From NCBI GenBank assembly GCA_002633005.1, contig NMRA01000752.1, forward strand, positions 102,900 to 166,899: a DNA stretch of 64,000 bases. Direction: 5' to 3'. This stretch comes from Phoronis australis (lineage: Eukaryota > Animalia > Phoronida). The notes beneath the pieces are model-generated. The model was given only the letters and a program-made list of their open reading frames with translations. It was not told where the DNA came from and ran no database searches. Positions 14,768 through 24,878 of the stretch are shown one piece after another (position 1 is the stretch's first letter; each line of letters opens with the position of its first letter). Both the position numbers and the translations under genes were made by a program.

Positions 14768-15264
14768 GGGCCTTTCATACTAACATCGACGCCTCGAAGT
14801 TTTTGGGAGTTAATGTCAGTATGAACGCTTAAACTTTGGTCCTGGAAGGAAGTTAACAGCGCCAGTTAACTTCGCACTAAACAGGTGGATTTAATTGCTT
14901 AGCGTCAACGCTACCAAGCAGTATAAACGATCAACTTCGGTCCTATCGAAGTTATTGCCAGGGGCCACTGTTATCATTAACAATTGCATAGTAGTGTGAT
15001 GACTAATAGTTGCTTATACCTTGCTATAATAATCACCAATCAATTTAAAAATAAGTTTTATGTCAATTAACACATGTAAATGTTCCCAAGTTGTCACATC
15101 TTAGCGTGCAGTGCTACCTTGCGATACCTTCGATCACGACAGCGTCACCTACTGTTTACTTTGAAGTTCATTAACTACCGAAGCCATAATGAACGGTCCA
15201 GTTAACTTCGCACTATATGCCGATGCTCCTCTTAGACAAGAGTTAAGTCAATGTGAAAGGGTCC
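14768..15264. mobile_element. MITE, possibly PIF/Harbinger-like
   Basis: Left end GGGCCTTTCATACTAAC resembles the reverse complement of the right end, GGACCCTTTCACATTGAC, with TA at both flanks. CCAGTTAACTTCGCACTA is repeated internally. Confidence 0.4.
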
Positions 15265-17324
15265 TATGCTAGACCACAAGCCACTTGATCTTCTTTAGCT
15301 GGATCTGCTTGCTTAGCTTCACAGGCAAATAATCCATGTTTTGTGACTACAAAGGCGCGTTTCTGAGCTCAGATAACTGAAATCATAGGTTCATGAGCTG
15401 CAGTTCGTAAGTGCATACGTTGTGTTGTCTGGGTAGCCTTCCTTATCCAGCGATTGTTGAAGGCACACTCTGCAATAAAGACAACAAATTTTAATAACAG
15501 ACGGGTAAAAGCTATCAGTATAAGACAAATAACTTGCTGGATATTTATCGTGCTGTTTATACTACACTGATTTGTAAAACTTCCTGACTTATATCCAGAG
15601 CTTACAAAATAGTCTTCAAACTCAAAATTTAACCAATCACTCTCCAGAATTCAAGTGCAAGACTAGTCTGTAAGTTTACTTCAAGCATGCACTGCAGTGG
15701 GTCAGTTTTCCACATACTGTTTTGAATGAAGTTTTAATCCTGGATTCGCGACTTTCAAAACAATTTTATTCTATATAACTTGAATACAAAACATGCACAT
15801 GGTCACATATCATGCTATTACAATCTAGAACAAATCGTGCATATGATAAAACTTATCATGTTAATAAAAGTTGGATTTCAGGCTAACCAGGTATCGTGTT
15901 CTGTAACTTTTTAGTTCAAGTTCTATGACAAATTAATTAATATTTTTATCAAATGATGAAACTGTTGGCAACTGCAATAACTACAATTAACATTATATTT
16001 ATGAACTTTTCATTATTTTATTCGTTAATCTGATAAGAAAATTCACAACTCTACATAATGAGCAGAGCTAGTTGTATTCTAACTAGCTGTCTCCAGCCAG
16101 CATAGAACTTCTTACTAATGTTTCATGGACATTTAGCCGGCACAACCAGGGTTAGAACTGAAAGTTTAATCTCACATGTATACTTTCGCGTGTACTTTTT
16201 GAAACTTATAGCAAAACCAAGAAGCTGTACATTGACTCTACCAAATGGCTACAAGAATCAGTGAGCTTCTTAAAGATTATAAGCCCATTGGCTAAACCAA
16301 GGACATATTTCATATTGTTTCAAATTCAAACCCTGATAGCAGCACTATTTTTAACTCTTACTCAACAATGAAACATATGAAGCTCTACCTGCCATGTGGA
16401 TGTAGACAGCCCAATTTCACCCCTGGGTGATTGTTTCGATGCAAATGTTTGGCTGTCTAGTTCTTCCAAGTACTCCGCCAAGTTAATAGAGACCTGAAAA
16501 CAATGAGATATTAGCAAACATAACAATAGCTTATAGCTTCTTAAGAATCCAGACATAACCCATTTACAGGGAATTCTATCCGTTTTAGGGGGCCGGGGCC
16601 ATGGCCCCTTAGCTGTCCTCTAAATCCACCATTGGAGATACTGGCATGGTCTTCAGGAGAGGTCTTACGTAACCATAATAGTTTACAGTAAAAATAAAAT
16701 TATCTCATGTACTACAGTGAACATAAAAATAGTATATCCTGTACTCCTACCAATCACTTTACTGGCTGATATTTGCAAAGATATTAAATTGAGGTTCCAA
16801 TCAAATTTGTAGACGGAAATGAATAATAAATGCCCCTACTGACTGTCTAGTCAGTCCATATTCAACTCAACTCCTAGGTAAAGTTGTACCCAGATTAACT
16901 ATCACTTTCACCATGACACTGAAATATTTGCTTTCAATAAAACCATTCAAACTCGCATTGAGTGTGAAAATTTTAAGTGCGACATTCTAGTATTCCACAA
17001 CCTGGTAAAAATTCGAAAGCACATACTCAATCCCAAAGTCAAATCACACAGATTTTCCTTATTTGCATTGAATTATTTGGTGCAATTAGATAGGAATTAT
17101 GCAAGTTTCACTGTGCGTAACAATAGTTAACATCTTGACTGGTGAGAGTTCACTTGGGTACATTGTGACCTATGCCGGGGGTATTCCAGATAGGGTACTA
17201 GTAGTGGGATCGGAATGTCCTTTCGCATTCAATAACCTAGATCCTCCCGACAAATCTGAGCCAATCAGTCAAAATAGGCAATAGAATAGTTACATTGGTG
17301 ATTCCTAATTTTGAGAACCAGGCA

Positions 17325-17560
17325 CATGCACTCACCCAGGGGAAGCTCGAACGAGCACCCCCCACTTGCCGAAGTAGGCATGAAAGGGTCAGCCTCATAG
17401 AAACAAAAAAAATGAGAAAACGAGACACATGTCCACTAAAAAGCTGTAATTCAGGAATGCACTGTGCACAGCTCTGAACATACCCCGTTTTTTTAGTAAA
17501 AGGTCACCATGACCAAAATTTTGAGCACCCCCCATATATTTTAGGATGGGTGCGTGGATG
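17325..17560. mobile_element. MITE with 5-bp TSD (relatives at 37136-37380 and about 43008-43285)
   Basis: Termini CATGCACTCACCC...GGGTGCGTGGATG, flanked by AGGCA/AGGTA. It shares CACAGCTCTGAACATACCCCG with 37284-37304. Confidence 0.6.
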
Positions 17561-17576
17561 AGGTAAGTGAATCTTG

Positions 17577-17811
17577 TGTTGTAATCGGCAACATCATTGG
17601 CCCTTTGTTTTTCCTGTGGCGTCTTGTGATTGGTCTGTTTTTGTGTCTCCTATATAAGTCGTTGGCGCCACTGTCGGACGGGTATTTTTCAAGAACCGGC
17701 AATACGAGTCATCAATGGTTGCTCCACTTGGCGTCAACTGACTGACTGGCTTATATCTTCGTAAAAGTAAGTATTCTTGTGCCTAATCAGTGAACCTGTA
17801 GGAATACAACA
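17577..17811 (+). repeat. 5' LTR (235 bp)
   Basis: TGTTGTA...TACAACA inverted termini, TATATAA at 17651-17657, and a direct repeat of 26640-26886. Confidence 0.95.
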
Positions 17812-17813
17812 TT

Positions 17814-17827
17814 TGGCGTAGTTGGCA
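17814..17827 (+). promoter_or_regulatory. Primer binding site, tRNA-Ser type
   Basis: TGGCGTAGTTGGCA starts 2 nt after the LTR. It matches the complement of the metazoan tRNA-Ser 3' end (TGGCGTAGTCGGCA) with one G:T pair. Confidence 0.8.
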
Positions 17828-18203
17828 CTAGTTAGGGGTACCATAAGAGTATTTAACCGACTAGTTCAGACGGCTTTTACCTGTCCAGGGCTTTTTCTTT
17901 CGTCCGGGGGGAAAGTTGGAAGATTTAGTCGGTGCCGTGCTAACAGGTGGTTAGTACGGTGGCCAAGGGGTTCTTGGTCTTTAGGTAGAGTTGGTTGTAG
18001 GTTGCTTGGGCCTTATTTTTTGGGTTTTTGAGGTTTGTTTTTGGGTTTTTGGGTATTGTTGGGTTTGTTTGCCGGTTCGACTGGGTGTGGTCCCCTTTTT
18101 ACTTAAGTCACGTGGTTGGCAGTGTTTTGGTTATAAACACCGATTCATTCCCTTACCTTTAGCCCTTTTGTAACGGATATATATTGGCCGTTAATAGTCA
18201 ACC

Positions 18204-19781
18204 ATGTCAGTAGGTTTCAAAATTCCTGTTAACTACTGCCGTGAGTCAGACTTGCTAGATTTTCCGGGAGTTGACGAAGATATCGTCCTACAAATAGTTG
18301 ACTTCCGGGAGAGATGCCCTATCGGTCGTCACAATATCTACCAGATATCTGACGATTGGATAGTGACCAGCGCGGTGACTGACCGGGTGGATTATTCCTT
18401 AACCCCCAGTTCAGCTTCCCGAAACTCTGATTTGCCGGCGGGGTTAGCTCAAGTGGCTGACGCTTGCGACAGGCTGAATAGGTCCCCTAGTCCTCGTTTG
18501 GGTAGAACCACTAGATACCAAGTCGATGAGGGTAGGCGCGACAGTGGTATAAGTCCCGGCGTTTATACTCCTCCTAGTAGGCGAAGAGGGTATTCGGGGA
18601 ACATAGGAGGTAGGTATGACAGTGGTCTGGAGCCCGACACTTTTACTTCTCCTGTTCGCCCAAGGGGGTACTGGGCAAATAGAGAGGGAAGGCGCGACAG
18701 AGGCGGAAGTCCCGGCGCAAGAAATGCCAGGGGGTATAAAGTAGATTCGCATGCTCCTCATAATTTAGTTTTCAAGGGCTTGCGTAATACCTGGAAGGAT
18801 TTCCACTGGAAGTTTAGCCGTTTTGCGAGGGAAAACTTCTGGTCCGGGGATAAATGTTTAGCAGAGCTAAGTCTCTGCTGTGAAGGGGATGCACTCCGCT
18901 TTCTTTGTAATTTTACAGAAAGTCGGCCAGACGCATTGTATGACGAAGTAGTAGAAGCAATGAGGAAACGTTTTGGTGTTGCTTCAGGGGTGCCAGGAGT
19001 AGACCAACTACAATTTCACTCCGCATCCCAAAAACAAGCCGAGTCCCTACATCAATGGGCTGACAGGCTGAATCATCTGTATTTTTCGGCCTTTCCAAAC
19101 CCCTCAGATGGTGACCGCCATCAGGCTATACTCAGGTTTTGCTTGGGGTTAAGTGATCAGGATATAGGCAAGCAGGTGTTAAATGGTCGTCCAGAATCCA
19201 TAGACCAAGCACTGGATCTAGCCGTGTGGTTCTCTACGACGAAGGGCCTAATGCCATCGCGTAAGAGTGTTACTTTTAGGGGAGATGAACTGAGCGAGGA
19301 TGTTAGTAGGCTACGTCTCGTCTCTAGTCAGAAAAGGTCGCCCATTAGGTTTTCGCCAATTTCGGGTCGCCAATCCCCACCTGATTCCCCCAACAGTTCT
19401 CCCGGGTCTAGCAACTTAGCAGAGAGGTGCAGAGTGTTAGAGTCACGGGTAGATTTTTTGACAGAGGATAATAAAGCTCTGCATAAACAAATGGACAATC
19501 TGTCCAAAGAAATGAACCAAAATTTCTCTAAAGTTGAAGGTCGTTTTTCTAAAATAGACACCAATTTAGAGAAAATGCTGGGTTTATTAGCCTCGGGCCG
19601 AGCGTCTCCTAGGAAATCACCGTCCAGATCACCCGGCAATTCTCCACGAAAAGCCGGAGAGTGTTTCAACTGTGGGGAGACTGGGCATTATAAATATTCA
19701 TGTCCCAATAAACCATCGGCCAATGTAAGACTAGCCTCAACGTCTCCAGATTGTTTAAACTGGAACGGACTGAAGGACTAG
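18204..19781 (+). CDS. gag: Gag (N-terminal HhH-like motif, capsid region, coiled coil, CCHC zinc knuckle)
   Basis: Intact 525-aa ORF with a major-homology-like QKQAESLHQWADRL segment and the knuckle CFNCGETGHYKYSC. Confidence 0.92.
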   Translation: MSVGFKIPVNYCRESDLLDFPGVDEDIVLQIVDFRERCPIGRHNIYQISDDWIVTSAVTDRVDYSLTPSSASRNSDLPAGLAQVADACDRLNRSPSPRLGRTTRYQVDEGRRDSGISPGVYTPPSRRRGYSGNIGGRYDSGLEPDTFTSPVRPRGYWANREGRRDRGGSPGARNARGYKVDSHAPHNLVFKGLRNTWKDFHWKFSRFARENFWSGDKCLAELSLCCEGDALRFLCNFTESRPDALYDEVVEAMRKRFGVASGVPGVDQLQFHSASQKQAESLHQWADRLNHLYFSAFPNPSDGDRHQAILRFCLGLSDQDIGKQVLNGRPESIDQALDLAVWFSTTKGLMPSRKSVTFRGDELSEDVSRLRLVSSQKRSPIRFSPISGRQSPPDSPNSSPGSSNLAERCRVLESRVDFLTEDNKALHKQMDNLSKEMNQNFSKVEGRFSKIDTNLEKMLGLLASGRASPRKSPSRSPGNSPRKAGECFNCGETGHYKYSCPNKPSANVRLASTSPDCLNWNGLKD

Positions 19782-22700
19782 GTCTAAATTCAGTCCATGA
19801 TTCCCAATCAGGCCTGCCCAAAGATTATTCGACTCTGATTGGTTTGGTGGGAGGGATCAAAAATCAGTTAAAACGTGCAAATAAAAGAACCAAGAAAACT
19901 GTTCGTTCCACGGGGGTTGGGACGGATTCCGAAGATTCTTTCTCACTAGCAGATTCCGACAGTGATTCTAATCCGGGTTCTCTTGCTAGTAAGGATACGT
20001 TGACTGTAGATCCACCTATCAAGTCAGATCTAGATCGAGCGACTCCGAATGTAGAACGGACCGACTCTGATTCAATAAAATCATCGCCGGAGGTAGTAAA
20101 CATATGTAAACTATCTTCAGGTCGTACGTATTATATTCCCATAGAGTTGAAGGGTTTGAGGTTAAATAGTATCCTGGATAGTGGTGCCGATCGTATTGTA
20201 ATTTCTACCAGGGTATCTAAATTTCTCTCGGGCGTCCAAGCCGTGCACGAGGTAAAGGTGACAACGGCCGCCGAAGGTCTGGCTCTTGGGGGGTTCAGAA
20301 CCAATAACATTCCCATTACTATTAATTCCAAAACATATCGAACCTCACTGATAGTTTCGGATATTCAGGACGATTGCCTCTTGGGGTAAGATATCATGAA
20401 ACAATTGGGATGTGTTCTGAACATGAAAGAGGATAAACTGACTATTGAGGGGAAAACAATTCCAATGGAATACGGTAACCCATCCAGATATCTTCCTCCC
20501 GTTGTAGTGAACTCAAATGTTTCAATTCCTGCCAATACGGTGAAGAGGTTAAGTGGGATCGAATTTCCAAAGATTGCCCCCATGGTTATGTTTGATCCAT
20601 CGCCATCTCTAGATCCACGTTTTTCGATACCCCGCTCAATACATGACCCCCAATCCTGTTCTTCCCTTTTTGTTTTCAATTCATCGGAACATGGGGTAAG
20701 ATTAACAGGAGGGACTATCTTAGGGGTAGTGGAACCCGTGGAATCTGAAGGGGTAAAAGATACTCAGGTTCGGGAACACTGCTCAGTTAAGGTAGCTAAA
20801 TCAAAGGAAACTCCTGGGGGTGTTGAGACACTGTCGGGGTGATTACCAAGGCGAACTCCTGGGAATGTTAATGCACTTTCGGGAGGTTTACCAAAAAAGC
20901 TAACTTCGCTGTTTGACCAATCTTCAATTCATTTAAGTGAGGGGGAAAAGTCACAGTTGAAGAAGCTATTGTTAGAATTTGAAGATGTGTTCGCTGCCAG
21001 TGATTTGGATCTAGGAAATTTTACGAAAGTAGAGCATGTCATAGACACCGGGACAGCAAAACCTATTAAAATGGGTATGCGCCGGACGCCAGCCTGTTTT
21101 GTGCAGGAAGAGGATAATCTAAAGAAAATGTTAAATGCAGGAATAATTGTCCCCTCTATGAGTGACTGGGCCGCAGCACCTGTGTTAATCCGAAAGGCTG
21201 ACGGGACAGTGCGTTACTGTATTGACTACAGGGCGTTAAATAGTGTTACCCAAAAAGATGCATGGCCTTTACCATTAATTGAACAATGTATAGACCTTCT
21301 TGCTGGAAATGTTTGGTTTAGTAAGTTAGATGCAAATTCTGCTTATTGGCAAATCAAAATCCGTGAGGAGGACCGTAAAAAAACTGCATTCATTACAAAA
21401 TATGGTTTGTACGAGTTTCGCTCTATGCCTTTTGGTTTATGTGGAGCTCCTAGTACATTTTCTCGGGCCATGAGTCTGGTTTTACGAGGCTTGAACTGGA
21501 ACACGGTATTGGCGTTTCTAGACGACATATTAGTGTTGGGTATCAGTTTCGAGGACCACCGGTCTAATCTTACAGGCGTTCTTGCTCGTTTTCGGGAGTT
21601 CGGCCTGAGATTGAAACCCAGAAAGTGCGCCCTATTTCAAAAGAAAGTAGAATTTCTGGGTAGGACGGTGGGTCCGGAAGGGTTGGAGATGGGAAATGAC
21701 AACATTAAGAAAGTCTAAGAATGGTCTATTCCCCATAGTAAGAAACAGTGTCAAAGTTTCTTGGGTTTTGCAAATTACCATAGGCTATTCATCAAAGATT
21801 TTGCAAAATTAGCTGTACTTCTTTATGAGGTTACAGGGTCGAAGAAAACCTTTCAGTGGGACGACGCACAACAGAATGCTTTCGATCAATTAAAGGTAGC
21901 TCTAACAACACCACCTGTTTTAGCCTTTCCGAATAAAAATGACGAATTTATTCTTGATTGTGACGCCTCTGATAATGCTATTGGCTGTTGTCTTTCCCAA
22001 GTCCAGAACGGGTTGGAGCGAGTTATCTCGTACTCCAGCTTCGCTTTAGTGGACGAACAAAAACGTTATTGTACTACTCGGAAGGAGCTGCTGGCTGTTG
22101 TACGATTTACACACCAGTTCAGGCATTACATCTTGGGTAGGAAATTTAAAGTACGGACGGATCACAGTAGTTTGAGATGGCTTTTAAACTTCAAATCTCC
22201 TTTGGGACAATTAGCTCGTTGGATATTACAGTTACAGCAGTTTTCGGGTATGGAAATAATATACCGTCCCGGAGTTAAACATATCAATGCTGATGCTTTG
22301 TCACGTATTCCTTCGTCCTCCTGCCCGGCGTACAAGCTAGGGGTAGAACCCAAAGACCTTCCTTGTGGGGGTTGTCCCACTTGTTGCAAATGTCATAAGG
22401 AATGGTATAATTTCGTACAGGAAGTTGACGACACTATCCCTCTTGCACAACGCCCCCGGGCAGTTATGGTTGACAAAAGTACCAATACCCGTGCGCGATC
22501 TGTGTATGTGTCTGATGCGCACCAACACTCTCTGTTGGATAGTCAAAACGTTGCAGAAGAGTTTATCCCTGACGACTTGGGTGAGGAGGGGTTTGCATTA
22601 ACTATATGTAATCCCGAGTTGACGGATGTCCCTTGTATGGATGACTGTTTCCTAATCTCCATAGATAGAGAGGATCGAAATCCTTGTTTTGTGAGAGCAT

Positions 22701-24221
22701 TGTCAATAGAGAATGAAACAGACTTTGACCGCAAGCAGAGGGAGGACACAAATCTGACTTTCCTATTTGACTGGTTAGATAATGGTGTTGAACCTTCACA
22801 ATTCCGCTTGTTTATCGCCAGCGCTACGGCCAAATACTGTTGGCTCAATAGGGAGCGGTTTGTTGTGTCGAATAATCTATTATATTGGAAGGCTCCAGAT
22901 GAGGAAGATATTCTAAAACTAGTAGTGCCCGAGTCCTGCAAGTCAGATATTATAAAGCATTGTCATGACTTACCGTCCGCAGGTCACCAGGGAATTGACC
23001 GTACCAAAGCAAAGTTGAAAGCTAAGTATTATTGGCGTGGTATGGCCGCAAGTGTAAAATCTTATATTGAAACATGTGCTGCCTGTAATTTAAATAAGCA
23101 AGGTAGAGGCCGCCATGGTAAGTTTCCCTTAACTACATTCCATGCAGGGGTGCCCATGGAACGCGTCCATTTAGATTTCCTGGGTCCACTCCCTATATCC
23201 GATCAGGGCAATGAATATATCCTCATGATGGTAGACCAGTTTACCAAGTGGGTGGAATGTGTAGCCCTTCCGTCGCAGACGGCAGAGGTCACGGCGAACG
23301 CTGCACTGGACCAGTTCTTTAGTAGATTTGGGTTCCCACTGCAGTTGTTTACCGATCAGGGACGAAATTTTGAAAGTCACTTGTTCCGTCATATTTGTTC
23401 CCTTTTGAAAATCCAGAAAACAAGAACGACTGCGTATAGGCCCTCTTCTAACGGACAATGTAAGCGATTCAATCGTACCCTGATGGATGCAATACGTTGT
23501 TATGTCAGTCGTTTCCAAACTGATTGGGATATGTATTTACCCCAAATTGCTGGTGCTATCCGGTCTTGTGTTAATCGTCATACTGGCTTTACAGCTAATA
23601 AAATGATGTTGGGTCGGGAAATCATTCAGCCAGTAGACCTCATGTATCCACCGCCCTTACAGGATGCTGAGGACCCCATAGGTTATGTAAACTGGCTCTG
23701 TAAAGCGATTACTCAAACTCACGAGATAGCTAGAGGAACATTGCAGACTGCCCAAGCTGTTACGCGATTATGATGTGTCTATGGTCAAACGTTCATATAC
23801 ATGTAGTGTTGGAGATTTAGTCTATGCCCTTGATTCAGCTAGCGTTAAGGGGAAGTGTAAAAAACTATTACCCCCTTGGAAAGGGCCGGCCATTGTTCTC
23901 GAGGTCATTACTCCTTATCTATTTCGAATTAGACACGAGAATTTTGTGTCGGTAGTCAATCATGACCGTCTGAAACTCTGTAAGGATAGGTTTCAGGACC
24001 TACCTATCTGGCTTAAGGGAATGATCCAGGTAAATTCCACAGTGAACCGGGATAGTCTAGCAGAAGACACCGAAGTATACTGTTTTTGTAGGAGACCTGA
24101 TCATGGCGGGTTCATGATTGCTTGTGACGTATGTGATGAGTGGTATCATGGGGAATGTGTAAGCATTACCACTGATGACGCACTGCACATTGACCGGTAC
24201 ATCTGTCCTAGTTGTGAATAA
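19751..24221 (+). pseudogene. pol: pol: protease, RT, RNase H, integrase and C-terminal PHD finger (3 in-frame stops, 1 frameshift)
   Basis: Motifs ILDSGAD; CIDYRALN, MPFGL, FLDDIL; DCDASD, TDH; H..GH..CAAC, LDF, TDQG; WKGP; PHD. Stops end at 20389, 20842 and 21718, and the frame shifts near 23773. Confidence 0.93.
19754..19816 (+). promoter_or_regulatory. -1 programmed ribosomal frameshift signal
   Basis: T TTA AAC heptamer in the gag frame, a 6-nt spacer, then the stem GGACTGAA/TTCAGTCC. pol is in the -1 frame. Confidence 0.8.
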
Positions 24222-24243
24222 CATGGGCTTTGCAATATTTCAG

Positions 24244-24873
24244 ATGTTTCGATGTACCGATGTGAGGTTAAAGACTAATCCGGACTTACCTTGCATTACC
24301 GACGTCCCAAGTGAGCGGGAGGACTCTACGCAGCCACCGCCTCAACCAAGGGAGGAAGATCAATCCCCGGTGCAAGAGGTGTCCGTGATAGCAGCAAATA
24401 CGGGGGAATCAGACATCGACGAGTCTGTCTTAGACGACGACCCGGTCGTAATGGTCTCACCCCCACGGCCTATTAATGTAAATGTGCCCCTGTCAACCCC
24501 CGCAGATTTTCTGACCAGTCCTTCGTCCCCTATGATGGTAGATTCTGCGGTAGTGTCAACAGGTTCCGCAACTACGCCGCTGGCTTCGCTTGGTGAGTCT
24601 ATTTGGGCCCTTCCCGAATACTCCCACGGAGTGCAGATGGCAGAAGCCTTGTTACAACCCACTGATCAATATCAGTGTCCCCTGTGCCCCTTTACCATTC
24701 CTCTCGGTGAAGATGAAATGTTGTGCAAACATATTTTCACATGTCATCTGCCACCCTTGTTTTCAACTAACCAAGCTGACGTGGTTGCCAGCCCTCAGCT
24801 TCATCGAGAGAGATACGACTCTTTGGCCTATCTTTTTTCATTGTTGGAGGGACGTAGCATGAAAACTCGTTAG
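24244..24873 (+). CDS. ORF3 N-terminal part: acidic/Pro-Ser-rich region plus C2H2-like finger
   Basis: ATG directly follows a TTTCAG acceptor-like site, and the ORF contains CPLC-x14-HIFTCH. Probably once joined to the TatD ORF (frameshift near 24870). Confidence 0.55.
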   Translation: MFRCTDVRLKTNPDLPCITDVPSEREDSTQPPPQPREEDQSPVQEVSVIAANTGESDIDESVLDDDPVVMVSPPRPINVNVPLSTPADFLTSPSSPMMVDSAVVSTGSATTPLASLGESIWALPEYSHGVQMAEALLQPTDQYQCPLCPFTIPLGEDEMLCKHIFTCHLPPLFSTNQADVVASPQLHRERYDSLAYLFSLLEGRSMKTR

Positions 24874-24878
24874 ATCTT

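Noticed and set aside
20795-20900. Degenerate repeat of about 42 bp with a TGA in the protease-RT linker, as a possible readthrough signal
   Set aside because: pol has other stops, and the second repeat unit has a Gly codon at the equivalent position, so it is most likely simple decay.
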